Positions 29,508 through 39,154 are shown, counted from the first letter of the stretch. The stretch: DNA of 64,000 bases from Gemmatimonadota bacterium (GCA_040389905.1 JAZJZK010000020.1:98977-162976); one strand, 5' to 3'. The notes: generated by a model not told the origin, from the letters alone. Made by a program: numbers and translations.

Positions 29508-31094
29508 ATGGAGCTCGTCGGCGGCAACCTGATCGGTGGAAGTTCGAGCGTCGAAGGCGACGTCGTATTCCGTGGAGTCGATCCGCGGAGCAACACGGAA
29601 ATCGAGCCGTCGTTTCACGAGGCGACGATCGCGGAAGTCCATCATGCGGCGTCGCTTGCCGCAGAAGCGTTCAAGTCATATAGGCGGACCGCGCCAGCCG
29701 TTCGCTCTCGTTTCCTGCGCGCGATCGCCGACGAGCTGATCGCGATCGGACCCGCGCTGATCGAGCGCGCGCACCTGGAGACGGCACTACCTATCGCGCG
29801 ACTGGAGGGTGAGCGCGGGCGAACGGTTGGTCAGCTGCGTCTCTTCGCCGACTTGCTGGACGAAGGATCGTGGGTCGAGGCGCGAATCGACCGCGGTGAT
29901 CCGGCGCGCACCCCACTTCCCAAACCCGATTTGCGCCGAATGCTTGTACCACTCGGCCCGGTCGCCGTGTTCGGCGCAAGTAACTTTCCCTTCGCGTTCT
30001 CGGTGGCGGGCGGCGACACCGCGTCGGCGCTGGCGGCGGGCTGTCCTGTCGTCTGCAAGGGACATCCGGCGCATCCGGGAACGTCAGAGTATGCTGCGCT
30101 AGCGATCACGCGCGCGGCCGCGGCGTGCGACCTCCACCACGGCGTATTCTCCATGGTGCACGGTTGGTCGCACGAGGTAGGTCTCGCGTTGGTTCGCCAT
30201 CCGAAGATCTGCGCGGTGGGCTTTACAGGATCGCTGCGCGGCGGCCGCGCGGTGTACGACGCCGCGGCGGCGCGTCCAGAGCCGATTCCCGTCTATGCAG
30301 AGATGGGGAGCATCAATCCGGTCTTTCTTCTTCCGTCGGCCGCCGCCGAACGAGCCGAAACGGTCGCGCAGGGCCTGGCGCAGTCGATCACCATGGGCAC
30401 CGGTCAGTTCTGCACGAATCCCGGAGTCGTTATTGGCGTTGGCGGTGCTGAACTCGAACGCATGAGTTCACTCATCGCGGAGCGAATCAGCGCCACGGAC
30501 TCGAGCGTCATGCTGTATCCGCAAATTGCTTCAGGCTACGCGAGCGGTGTCGCACGGGCTCGGAGCCACGGCGCGACATTACTCGCCGAGAGCGCATCGG
30601 CCGATGATGCACATCGGGCAAAACCCTCGCTGCTCCACGTCGACGCGGCGACCTTCGCAAAACGCGCCGAACTTCGCGATGAGATGTTTGGACCTGTCTC
30701 GATCGTTGTTGCCGCATCCGATGCGGCGGAGATGGAGCACGTCGCGGAGGCGATGGAGGGCCAGCTCACGGCAACGATTCACGGGACGCCGGAAGAACTA
30801 CGCACGTTCAGCCGGCTTGTCGAAATCCTGCAACGCAAAGTGGGGCGGCTGCTGTTCAACGGCTATCCAACCGGCGTGGAAGTTGGTCACGCGATGCAGC
30901 ACGGTGGACCGTATCCCGCATCGACAGATTCTCGCTCGACGTCGGTGGGGAGTGCGGCGATCTCCCGCTTTGCGAGACCGCTCTGCTATCAGAACTTCCC
31001 GGACGACGCGCTTCCGCCCGAACTGCGGAACGAGAATTCGGCTGGCATCTGGCGGCTGATCGACGGCGGGCTGACGAGAGACAACGTTTCATGA
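29508..31094 (+). CDS. NADP+-dependent aldehyde dehydrogenase, alpha-ketoglutaric semialdehyde dehydrogenase type
   Basis: FGASNFPFAFSVAGGDTASALAAGCPV, AEMGSINP, GQFCTNPG, PTGVEV, HGGPYPA. Confidence 0.9.
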   Translation: MELVGGNLIGGSSSVEGDVVFRGVDPRSNTEIEPSFHEATIAEVHHAASLAAEAFKSYRRTAPAVRSRFLRAIADELIAIGPALIERAHLETALPIARLEGERGRTVGQLRLFADLLDEGSWVEARIDRGDPARTPLPKPDLRRMLVPLGPVAVFGASNFPFAFSVAGGDTASALAAGCPVVCKGHPAHPGTSEYAALAITRAAAACDLHHGVFSMVHGWSHEVGLALVRHPKICAVGFTGSLRGGRAVYDAAAARPEPIPVYAEMGSINPVFLLPSAAAERAETVAQGLAQSITMGTGQFCTNPGVVIGVGGAELERMSSLIAERISATDSSVMLYPQIASGYASGVARARSHGATLLAESASADDAHRAKPSLLHVDAATFAKRAELRDEMFGPVSIVVAASDAAEMEHVAEAMEGQLTATIHGTPEELRTFSRLVEILQRKVGRLLFNGYPTGVEVGHAMQHGGPYPASTDSRSTSVGSAAISRFARPLCYQNFPDDALPPELRNENSAGIWRLIDGGLTRDNVS

Positions 31095-31109
31095 TCTCTG
31101 GCTCGGGCC

Positions 31110-31368
31110 AACGGACGTACACGATACGTGGTACCACCAAGTACGAACGGCGTACTCGGACCCGGTACACTGAGCGGCACAATGACCAAGGAGAGCCATC
31201 GAAAGCGGAGCCACGAACACCGCCATTTGCAACGTCAGACGGCGTTCGGCGTCGGGTCGATGCGAACAAGAGTTTCGATGGCTCTCTTTGGTTTGAATGC
31301 CAGTCCGGGTACAAAAGTCCGGGTACCTCGTACGTCGGTGGTTGTACTCGGTACCGGGTACGTCAGTT
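31110..31368. repeat. About 260-bp imperfect palindrome with GTAC-rich arms
   Basis: Inner 20-bp stem 31185-31204 / 31273-31292 (19 of 20 match); ends AACGGACGTAC / GTACGTCAGTT. Confidence 0.75.
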
Positions 31369-31427
31369 GACAACCTAGGCCGAATCCCCGAAGTATCTTC
31401 ACCCCTCATATTCGTCCGGAGTTGACC

Positions 31428-32579
31428 GTGAGTGACATTAGTCGCCGAGATCTAGTGAAGTCCTCCGCCGGCGTCGTCGCCGCGCTTGCGGCAACGGCCG
31501 CGCTACCGTCCCGCCTATCGGCCGCGGTCCACACCCTGCGCCGCGGAAAGATCGAGCCGCGCATCAAGTTCGCCGTCATTGGCATGGACCACGGCCACAT
31601 CAGCTCGATGACCGCGGCCGTTATCCGTGGCGGCGGCGAAGTCGCCGCGATCTATTCCAAGGACCCTGCGCAAAAGGCGGCGTTCGCGCGCCGCTACCCG
31701 AACGCGAAGGTTGCGAACGAGGAAAAGGAGATCCTCGAGGACAAGTCGATCAAGCTGGTGGCCTCCGCCAGCATTCCGGTCGACCGTGCTCCACTCGGCG
31801 TTCGCGTCATGCAGCATGGCAAGGACTTCATGGTGGACAAGCCGGGCATCACGACGCTCGCCCAGCTCGCCGAGGTGCGGAAGGTCCAGAAGGAGACGAA
31901 GCAGATCTACTCGATCTCGTTCAGCGAGCGGTTCGACAATGCGTCAACGGTCAAGGCCGGCGAGCTCGTGAAGGCGGGCGCCATCGGTACGGTGATCCAG
32001 ACGCTCGGCATGGGACCACATCGTATCAGTCCGGAAACGCGGCAGCCATGGTTCTGGGATCCCAACCAGGCTGGCGGCATTCTCTGCGACATCGGCTCAC
32101 ACCAGTTCGATCAGTTCCTCTTCTTCACCGGTTCGACCAGCGGTGAGATCGTGTCCGCGCAGGTGAGGAACGTCAGCCATCCCGACCACCCGGCGTTCCA
32201 GGATTTCGGCGACGTCATGGTTCGTGGCAACGGCGGCACGGGGTATATCCGCATGGATTGGTTCACTCCCGACGGGCTTCCCATCTGGGGCGACGGACGA
32301 CTCACGATCCTCGGCACCGAAGGCTACATCGAGCTGCGAAAGTACGTGGACATTGCCGGCCGGCCTGGCGGCAGCCACTTGTTCATCACGGACAAGAAGG
32401 CCGTGCAGTACATCGATGCCAAGAGTACCGTCCTCACGTACGGCCCAGCGCTCGTCGATGACGTGCTCAATCGCACCGAGACGGCGATGCCGCAGGCACA
32501 CGCCTTCCTTGCAACCGAGCTCGCACTCAAAGCGCAGGACAAGGCGACCGTCCTGAAGCCGGGCGCACACCCGGCGTAA
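31428..32579 (+). CDS. Gfo/Idh/MocA oxidoreductase with Tat signal peptide
   Basis: SRRDLVK twin-arginine motif, FAVIGMDHGHI, KDFMVDKP, GGILCDIGSHQ. Confidence 0.85.
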   Translation: MSDISRRDLVKSSAGVVAALAATAALPSRLSAAVHTLRRGKIEPRIKFAVIGMDHGHISSMTAAVIRGGGEVAAIYSKDPAQKAAFARRYPNAKVANEEKEILEDKSIKLVASASIPVDRAPLGVRVMQHGKDFMVDKPGITTLAQLAEVRKVQKETKQIYSISFSERFDNASTVKAGELVKAGAIGTVIQTLGMGPHRISPETRQPWFWDPNQAGGILCDIGSHQFDQFLFFTGSTSGEIVSAQVRNVSHPDHPAFQDFGDVMVRGNGGTGYIRMDWFTPDGLPIWGDGRLTILGTEGYIELRKYVDIAGRPGGSHLFITDKKAVQYIDAKSTVLTYGPALVDDVLNRTETAMPQAHAFLATELALKAQDKATVLKPGAHPA

Positions 32580-33596
32580 TCAGTTCTCCAGTGCCGAGGG
32601 CGCCGACGTGGCGCCTTCGGCCAGCCGTTCGGTGCGGTCGAGACGATCCACGTCGATCGCCAGAACGCCGTCGGGCGCGCTCGCGAAAATGCTCGCCCAC
32701 TTCACGTCCCACCGCAATTCATCCCACAGGTACGACGTTCTCGCGATGACCCGCGTCGAGAACGTCTCTTCGTGCGCGCTCACGTGGATGATGAATTCTG
32801 CCTCGGTCTCCGCCAGCTTTGCCGGCGTCATGCCGCGCAAGGGACTGGTCGCGGTGATCGGATGGACCACCGTCCAGTGCAGCGTAAAGAGTTCGACGGA
32901 GTCCCGCTCGAGCTCGAGCTCATGAAAATTGCGCTCGCGCACGCCATCGAAGTATTCGAACCACGCCAGGTTGATGCGAACTCGCACGTCGCTCAGCTCA
33001 CTCGGCTGCGTGTTCACCATGCGAAACATCAAGCCGCGCCCGCCTTCGTACGGTGCAATGATGGCCGATTCACTGAAGCGGATCGACATCCGCGGCCGCG
33101 TGAGCCGCGCGATGAGCAGGCCCGCGCACGTCACGAGTGACAGCGGACCGACGAACGACTCGAGCACCTGGAGCCAGTTCGCCGTCGACCCCACCGGATA
33201 CATGGCGCCGTTGCCCGTCGTCGTGAACACGCCGACGCTGTACGAGAATGCGCGCATGAACGGGTCGGTCAGACCCATCGATTCGACGCCATGCAATGCG
33301 CCTTCCCCGAGCGCGGCGTATGCCAGCGCGAACACGCCGTTCAGCAGTAGGAGCACACCGAACGACCACCCGAGGAACGCAGGCCACGGTGCGTTGAGCG
33401 CGAGGAGGTAGAATCGCGCCGTGTACTGCCGGCCGAGTCCGTATTTTCGGCTGGTGGCTACGCCGTCGCGCGAGATGAAGCGGCCGCGAACCTGCTGCGA
33501 CACCACGCGCCCGAACCCAAGATCGGACGGTTCGCCCGTTGGCGCGTTGTCGTCATTCTCGTCCGCGTCTTCACGTGCGGAGGGTTGAGTACTCAT
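32580..33596 (-). CDS. KirBac-like inward-rectifier ion channel
   Basis: Two TM helices with pore loop, RPRMSIRFSESAII, LMFRMVN, WTVVHPITATSPL cytoplasmic domain. Confidence 0.85.
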   Translation of the reverse strand: MSTQPSAREDADENDDNAPTGEPSDLGFGRVVSQQVRGRFISRDGVATSRKYGLGRQYTARFYLLALNAPWPAFLGWSFGVLLLLNGVFALAYAALGEGALHGVESMGLTDPFMRAFSYSVGVFTTTGNGAMYPVGSTANWLQVLESFVGPLSLVTCAGLLIARLTRPRMSIRFSESAIIAPYEGGRGLMFRMVNTQPSELSDVRVRINLAWFEYFDGVRERNFHELELERDSVELFTLHWTVVHPITATSPLRGMTPAKLAETEAEFIIHVSAHEETFSTRVIARTSYLWDELRWDVKWASIFASAPDGVLAIDVDRLDRTERLAEGATSAPSALEN

Positions 33597-33718
33597 GCGT
33601 GTTCACGGGTTGGCGGAACGGTTTTCGAGCCGATTGCCCGAAGAATACCACGATCCGCAAGGGATACCATATGCGCGCCTTGCGCAGGCCGGGGGGGCCG
33701 GAGGACATTGCGCGTGCG

Positions 33719-35293
33719 ATGCCCCACTTTCCGCCGATTCTCTTCGCGATCGCCTTCGCCACGCTCGTCGTTGCCCTGACGGCGCTCGCGCGGCGACTGC
33801 CCGTGCCGACACCGGTCCTTCAGGTGGGCGCTGGCCTACTCGTCGCGATGATTCCAAGCGTCTCCATTCCCGATCTCCAGCCGGAGATCGTGTTCTTCGT
33901 GTTCCTGCCGCCAATCCTCTGGGCGGCGGCGTTCTTCACCTCCCTCCGTGAGTTCAAGGCCAATCTCAGGCCGATCAGCCTGTTGGCGATTGGTCTGGTA
34001 CTCGTTACGACCGCCGCCGTGGCGATTGTCGCGCGTGCGCTCATGCCTGGACTGCCCTGGGCGGTTGCAGTGGTGCTCGGCGCGATCGTCTCTCCGCCCG
34101 ACGCGGTGGCCGCGACCGCCATCGTGTCTCGACTGCCGGTCCCGCGCCGCGTCATCGTCATTCTCGAGGGCGAGAGTTTAGTGAATGACGCGTCGGCGCT
34201 CGTACTGTACCGAACCGCAGTCGCCGCCACGGTCACCGGCGTCTTCAGCTGGGGAGAATCGGTCGTTCGCTTCTTCATCGACGCCGGCGTCGGAGCGCTG
34301 GTCGGCATCCTGATCGGATGGCTGGTGATTCGTGCGGTACGCCTGACGAAGGATGCCCTCGCCGAAACGCTGCTCACGATCGCGGCACCGTACGTCGCGT
34401 GGGTCGTCGCCGAAACGATGCACGTATCCGCAGTGTTGGCGTGCGTCTCCGGCGGGCTCTATCTGCGACAACACCTGTCCACAGCGGTCGGGCCGGTTTC
34501 GCGTCTTCAGACGCGCATCGTCTGGGACCTCCTCGTCTTCCTGCTCAACGCGATGATCTTTCTGCTGCTCGGCGCGCAGTTTGGGTCGTTGTTGCAGGCG
34601 ATTCCGAGCGATACCGTCGGCTCGGTCTTCGCGCATGGTGCCGTCATCACTGCGGTGGCCGTCATCGTGCGCCTCATCTGGGTACCCGTCGCGACGATCG
34701 CACCTCGGTGGTGGAGTGCCGAAGTTCGCCACCGCGATCCAATGCCCAATTGGCGCGGCGTTACTCTCGTCTCATGGACGAGCATGCGTGGAATTGTCTC
34801 GCTGGCGACGGCACTCGCGCTGCCCTTGATGCTCGAGAACGGACGGCCTTTTCCCTACCGCACCGAAATCATTCTCATCACGATGTGCGTGATCGTTCTC
34901 ACGCTCGTCGTTCAGGGGCTGACGCTCGCGCCGCTCATTCGCGCGTTCGACTTCGCGCCGGAGCATGCGCATCTCGAGGAAGAGCGACTCGCCCGCCTGG
35001 AGGCGGCGCGGCGTGGGGCCGAGGCGCTCGAGGATTTGTCTCGCGAATCGTGGGTCGATGCGCGCGATGTCGAAGTGTTGCGCAATGAGCTTCGCGACCG
35101 GATCCGCATGCACGAACACCACGGCGGAAACTCGCACGGGCGACGCAAGCTGCGGCTCGGGATGATCAAGGCGGAACGGCGCATGCTGGTGCGGCTGCGC
35201 AATGAGGGCGCGATTTCCGACGATGTGCTCCGTGAGCTCGAACAGGAACTCGATCTGGAGTCCGTGCGAGTTGGCGCTGGTACGCTCGTCTGA
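33719..35293 (+). CDS. CPA1 family Na+/H+ antiporter (YjcE/NhaK-like)
   Basis: FLPPIL, SPPDAVA, ILEGESLVNDAS, MRGIVSLA; start re-assigned to 33719. Confidence 0.9.
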   Translation: MPHFPPILFAIAFATLVVALTALARRLPVPTPVLQVGAGLLVAMIPSVSIPDLQPEIVFFVFLPPILWAAAFFTSLREFKANLRPISLLAIGLVLVTTAAVAIVARALMPGLPWAVAVVLGAIVSPPDAVAATAIVSRLPVPRRVIVILEGESLVNDASALVLYRTAVAATVTGVFSWGESVVRFFIDAGVGALVGILIGWLVIRAVRLTKDALAETLLTIAAPYVAWVVAETMHVSAVLACVSGGLYLRQHLSTAVGPVSRLQTRIVWDLLVFLLNAMIFLLLGAQFGSLLQAIPSDTVGSVFAHGAVITAVAVIVRLIWVPVATIAPRWWSAEVRHRDPMPNWRGVTLVSWTSMRGIVSLATALALPLMLENGRPFPYRTEIILITMCVIVLTLVVQGLTLAPLIRAFDFAPEHAHLEEERLARLEAARRGAEALEDLSRESWVDARDVEVLRNELRDRIRMHEHHGGNSHGRRKLRLGMIKAERRMLVRLRNEGAISDDVLRELEQELDLESVRVGAGTLV

Positions 35294-35304
35294 ACGACAT
35301 AAAG

Positions 35305-35433
35305 GTGCGGGCCCTTCGCTGCACTCAGAGCGACAAAACAAGCGGAAAGAGAACGTTGTTCATGTTCGTTTTGTCGCCCTGAGCCCTTCGTCACTAGCGC
35401 TCCTCGAGGGTAAACTCCGCGAAGGGCACGCAC
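35305..35433. repeat. REP-like doublet (second unit carries an internal insertion)
   Basis: GTGCGGGCCCTTCGC..GCGACAAAAC and GTTTTGTCGCCCTGAGC..GAAGGGCACGCAC. Confidence 0.8.
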
Positions 35434-35474
35434 CTCCAAAAGCTCGCAGTCTTACTGCAAAGAAAGGAGTCGAA

Positions 35475-36206
35475 ATGGGCGCTTGGGGTTACGGCATCAT
35501 GCAGAATGACACGGCGCGCGACTACGAAGTCTACTGGAACACGTACGTAGCGCGCGGCCGGAAAAAGGACCCTGAGTTCTGGACAGTCGCGCAGGTGGAC
35601 GATTTCGTGTGGCACGGGCGCTTTCGCAGCGAAGTTGACTATGGCGACCCGAACGTTCGTGCCGAGCTGCTCGCGGCGGCGCTGCTATATCGGAAGGCTG
35701 GCCTTCCGCTTGGCGGACGCGTATTCGACGCGGTGGAGAAGGCCGCGTCGTTGGAACTCGGCCCGGACGAACTGAAGGAGTACGCGTCGCCTGCTGCGCG
35801 CAAACGCGCGATTCTCAAGTTCATGGAATCGTTCGGAATGCAGCAGCGGAGTGCCGCCGATCTTCCTCCGGGGGAGGCGCGGCCGAGTGCCTTACGGAGT
35901 GAGGTGGAGAAATGGGTTGCATTTTCCGCGCGCTATCCGGAGTGGATCGAGGTGTCGCATCGGCCGTTCTCGCACAAGCCGTTTTTCGACCTCGTGCCCC
36001 AGTGGTTCTTTGCGTTGCAGGACGTTCTCGGAAAAGGGGCCGGGCACAACGACAAGGAGCTGGAGAATCAGGGCAAGAAGTACCGGCTGATGTGCCTTGC
36101 CTTCTACACCGGCTTTGTCATGCGGCTGCCGGACGACGAGCGGCTGCGGCTTATCGAGAAAGTCGACCGCGATTGGAATGAGATGTACTTTCTGCCGATG
36201 CCGTAA
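35475..36206 (+). CDS. Hypothetical protein with DUF4259-like N-terminus (243 aa)
   Basis: AAGGAG RBS; MGAWGYGIMQNDTARD resembles the MGAWG...NDxAxD start of DUF4259. Confidence 0.65.
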   Translation: MGAWGYGIMQNDTARDYEVYWNTYVARGRKKDPEFWTVAQVDDFVWHGRFRSEVDYGDPNVRAELLAAALLYRKAGLPLGGRVFDAVEKAASLELGPDELKEYASPAARKRAILKFMESFGMQQRSAADLPPGEARPSALRSEVEKWVAFSARYPEWIEVSHRPFSHKPFFDLVPQWFFALQDVLGKGAGHNDKELENQGKKYRLMCLAFYTGFVMRLPDDERLRLIEKVDRDWNEMYFLPMP

Positions 36207-36288
36207 GTGCAGATCCCTCGACTTCGCTCGGGATGACAAACCGACGATGTCACCCCGAGCAAGCGAAGCGAGTCGAGCGGGTCTGCAC
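36207..36288. repeat. REP-like doublet
   Basis: GTGCAGATCCCTCGACTTCGCTCGGGATGACAA and TGTCACCCCGAGC..GGGTCTGCAC. Confidence 0.85.
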
Positions 36289-36305
36289 GCAAAACCCACC
36301 CTGCC

Positions 36306-37685
36306 TTACTTCGCAGCCACGACGCGAGGTGCTTGATTCTGCCATATCCTGACCGCGGCGATCGCTATCTGCCCAGCGCGGACATTGACGGGCCCCAGAT
36401 CCACGCGTGATGCATCAGCGTTGAGCGCAAGCTCGATGCGACGCGGACCCGTCGGCGCATGCATACGCATCAGCGTGATTTCCTGGGGGAGCAGGTGCCA
36501 CGACCGCACGTCCGCGCGTTCGAGCAACGACGCACCAATGTTCGCGATCGTCCCGGCCACCTCGCCCTTCTTGTCCTTGACGGCTTTGGTCACCGCATAT
36601 TTCGCCGCGGCGCGCACCACCGCCCGTGCAATGATGCCGGTGCGCTCCCGCCGCTCATCGGCGACGATGGCGTCGTCGACCAGTGTCGCGACGCGCGAAC
36701 TCGCGGCGCTGACTCCGTCCACGAACGCATCGAGTTGCACGGAGTGATAGGGCGCCCGCCGCATTGACGGAAAGGCGACGGATAACCAGTAGCCGTCGTC
36801 GTCATCATCGCGGTCGCGGCCATGCTTCCGCCCGCGACGACGGTCGCGTGACCCGTCGCTTGCGGCGATCGCAATCCGCTCGGCAACGGATCGCGTATGG
36901 TCGCGATCGCCTGACCGAAGCGAATCACGGTCATCGTCATCCAGGAACACGTTGATGGATTCCGTGGCGCGATGCGCGACGAAACCCCGCTCAACGACCA
37001 CAAGGACTTCCCCGTCGTTCGACGCGCGGTCGAACAGCACGCTGTCTGCAGCGGGCATCAATGACCGCGCGAGACGATACGCAACCTGCGCTTCCTGTTT
37101 TTCCCCCGCGCGCTCGAAGACGGCGCCCGCCAGATAGTGCAGCGCGCCATGCGTGGATTGCTCGGAGTCGTTCCGATCAGTCGCATACTCGGCGAGCAAT
37201 GCACTCAGACGGCGTGCCTCGACCGCGGCGTCTTCCCAGCGATCGAGCCGCGCGTACGACAGCATCCCATAGTACGAGATGAACAACCGCTCGGTGCGCC
37301 GTGGTTGATACGGACGCGCGAGATCATTGGTGATCATCGACAGCGCGTCTTTCGAGATGCTGGCGGTGATTCGGTCATCCGCGAGCAACGCGGCCGAATC
37401 GAGTACCGCAGCGCTCCGTGCGAACTGCGATGCGTAGTAGCTGCTGACACCCATGTTCAGTGCATGAAGCAGCGCGTCGTCCTCACTCCACCCCAGTGCC
37501 ACGGCAAAGTCCGCGTGCGACAACGCCTCGCGCAGACGCTGCTGCGGACGCGAGATCCCATCGCGGCCGACCTCGTACGAACCGATCGTGGCCTTGAGTG
37601 TCGAGCACGCCGAGGCACCCCACAGCGCGGCGACGAGCGCCACGCTGCGGAGTGCGATTCGGAGTGCGCTGGGTGGGGTGCGCAC
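36306..37685 (-). CDS. COG3014-like lipoprotein
   Basis: ASAC lipobox, NDLARPY, AAVEARR, ERADVRSWHLLP; last gene of the lpoB cluster; GTG start 37685. Confidence 0.72.
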   Translation of the reverse strand: MRTPPSALRIALRSVALVAALWGASACSTLKATIGSYEVGRDGISRPQQRLREALSHADFAVALGWSEDDALLHALNMGVSSYYASQFARSAAVLDSAALLADDRITASISKDALSMITNDLARPYQPRRTERLFISYYGMLSYARLDRWEDAAVEARRLSALLAEYATDRNDSEQSTHGALHYLAGAVFERAGEKQEAQVAYRLARSLMPAADSVLFDRASNDGEVLVVVERGFVAHRATESINVFLDDDDRDSLRSGDRDHTRSVAERIAIAASDGSRDRRRGRKHGRDRDDDDDGYWLSVAFPSMRRAPYHSVQLDAFVDGVSAASSRVATLVDDAIVADERRERTGIIARAVVRAAAKYAVTKAVKDKKGEVAGTIANIGASLLERADVRSWHLLPQEITLMRMHAPTGPRRIELALNADASRVDLGPVNVRAGQIAIAAVRIWQNQAPRVVAAK

Positions 37686-37689
37686 GTTC

Positions 37690-38508
37690 TTACTTCTTCT
37701 CCAACACCACGAGCCGCTCACGCGCCGCCATGATCGCCTCGGCGAGCTTCGCGTTCGCGTTGCCCTGTGCGTCGATTTTCTGAATCTCCAGCTGGTTCAG
37801 GAACATCTTGTAGCGCAGCTCTGCTTCGATCGGGCGCAAGAGCTTGTCGAGCGACGTGGCCATCTTGTACTGCAGCTCGGCGTCAGCCCGGTTGATGACG
37901 CTCGCGCGATCGTACCGGTCGAGCGCGGACGTGAAGTCGCCCGCAGCGGCCAGCGCATCTCCGTCACGCACGAGTGCCGCGGCACGCATGCGATTCGCAT
38001 CATTCAGATCGGAGGTGCTGCTGACGGTGCGGAGGCCCTGCGCCTCACGATACGTCACGCTGGCCACCATTCCACCGGCCAGTTGCACGAGCGCAATATT
38101 TCCTGTCGCGTCAGACGGACTCGCCTCGGCGTCGCGTGGCGTGAGCACCGCGACGTTACCGCTGCGGCGCGACGTCCAGGCAATCGGTGTCGTGTGCGTT
38201 GCGGTCAGGAGTTGTGCTTCGCTCATGCCAAGCGCGATCTCCCCGCGGCCGAGTGCATTGCAGACGGAGGGCGCACAGCCGGCGAAGGCGACCGCCGCCA
38301 GCGAGTCGCGACGATCGCGACCCTCCATGCGCGCTTCGAGCGCCTGCGTCGTGGCCGCGTCGACCGCACGGGTCGGTGTCTCGACGCGATCGCCGGTGCG
38401 CATCACGGTGATCGGGCCTTCGTCAATGCGCTTTGGATTCGCGCAGGCAGCGAGCATCGCGCCGATGAAGATGGTGGGCGCCAGCTGGGGAAAACGATTC
38501 GGTGTCAT
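37690..38508 (-). CDS. Hypothetical lipoprotein with C-terminal TPR
   Basis: LAAC lipobox; GDALAAAGDFTSALDRYDRA TPR. Confidence 0.7.
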   Translation of the reverse strand: MTPNRFPQLAPTIFIGAMLAACANPKRIDEGPITVMRTGDRVETPTRAVDAATTQALEARMEGRDRRDSLAAVAFAGCAPSVCNALGRGEIALGMSEAQLLTATHTTPIAWTSRRSGNVAVLTPRDAEASPSDATGNIALVQLAGGMVASVTYREAQGLRTVSSTSDLNDANRMRAAALVRDGDALAAAGDFTSALDRYDRASVINRADAELQYKMATSLDKLLRPIEAELRYKMFLNQLEIQKIDAQGNANAKLAEAIMAARERLVVLEKK

Positions 38509-38530
38509 TGGTTTGTCTCGACGTGGAAGG

Positions 38531-39154
38531 TCAGAATGCGAAGCGGGCGCGTTCGACGTACTTCTTGATCTTGTGCTGGCCGACCCAGACCTTCGTGTTT
38601 GTCTCGAGGTCCACCAGCGCCGCGTCGATCTGGTAGAAAATCACCCGCTCGCGACCATCCTTGTCTTCGATCGCCTGAAGCTCGCCGGTCAGCGCATAGC
38701 GCGCTCCCAACTCCTGTCCAACGCGAGAACGCGTATCGGTGCGCGCATTCTGTTGCTGGTCCTTTCGCTCGGCGCGTATCTCCTGACGCTCGTCGCTCGA
38801 GGCAACGACGCGCGCCGCGCCCGTCGTGATGAAGGCCTTCTCGATGTCCTTCACGAAGGTTCCGACCGGAATGTGCTCCATGGTGCGGTTCGCGAAGGTG
38901 CCGATGATGATCGTGGGCGCCTCGCCGGCGTGGAGGTCGGCGTACCGCCTCGCCCACCCAGCCGAGAGCGACTGCTCGACGAGCTCATTGGCGACCAACC
39001 GCGCGTCAGTGTCGTTCCACCGTCCCGAGAGATCGGTGACGGCATTCGGCTCGATGCGCGTGACGCGCTTGCTGAAACAGGCGCCGGCCGGTAGAAGAAG
39101 AATGAGTGCGGCGGTGCGAAGGACGCCGAGGTACGACGACGGACGAATGGACAT
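38531..39154 (-). CDS. lpoB: Penicillin-binding protein activator LpoB family lipoprotein
   Basis: AGAC lipobox, TDLSGRWNDTD, NRTMEHI, LVDLETNTKVW..IKK. Confidence 0.8.
   Translation of the reverse strand: MSIRPSSYLGVLRTAALILLLPAGACFSKRVTRIEPNAVTDLSGRWNDTDARLVANELVEQSLSAGWARRYADLHAGEAPTIIIGTFANRTMEHIPVGTFVKDIEKAFITTGAARVVASSDERQEIRAERKDQQQNARTDTRSRVGQELGARYALTGELQAIEDKDGRERVIFYQIDAALVDLETNTKVWVGQHKIKKYVERARFAF

Noticed and set aside
35202..35474. 91-aa N-terminal extension of the DUF4259-like ORF
   Set aside because: Runs through the antiporter end and REP units; a strong AAGGAG RBS supports ATG 35475
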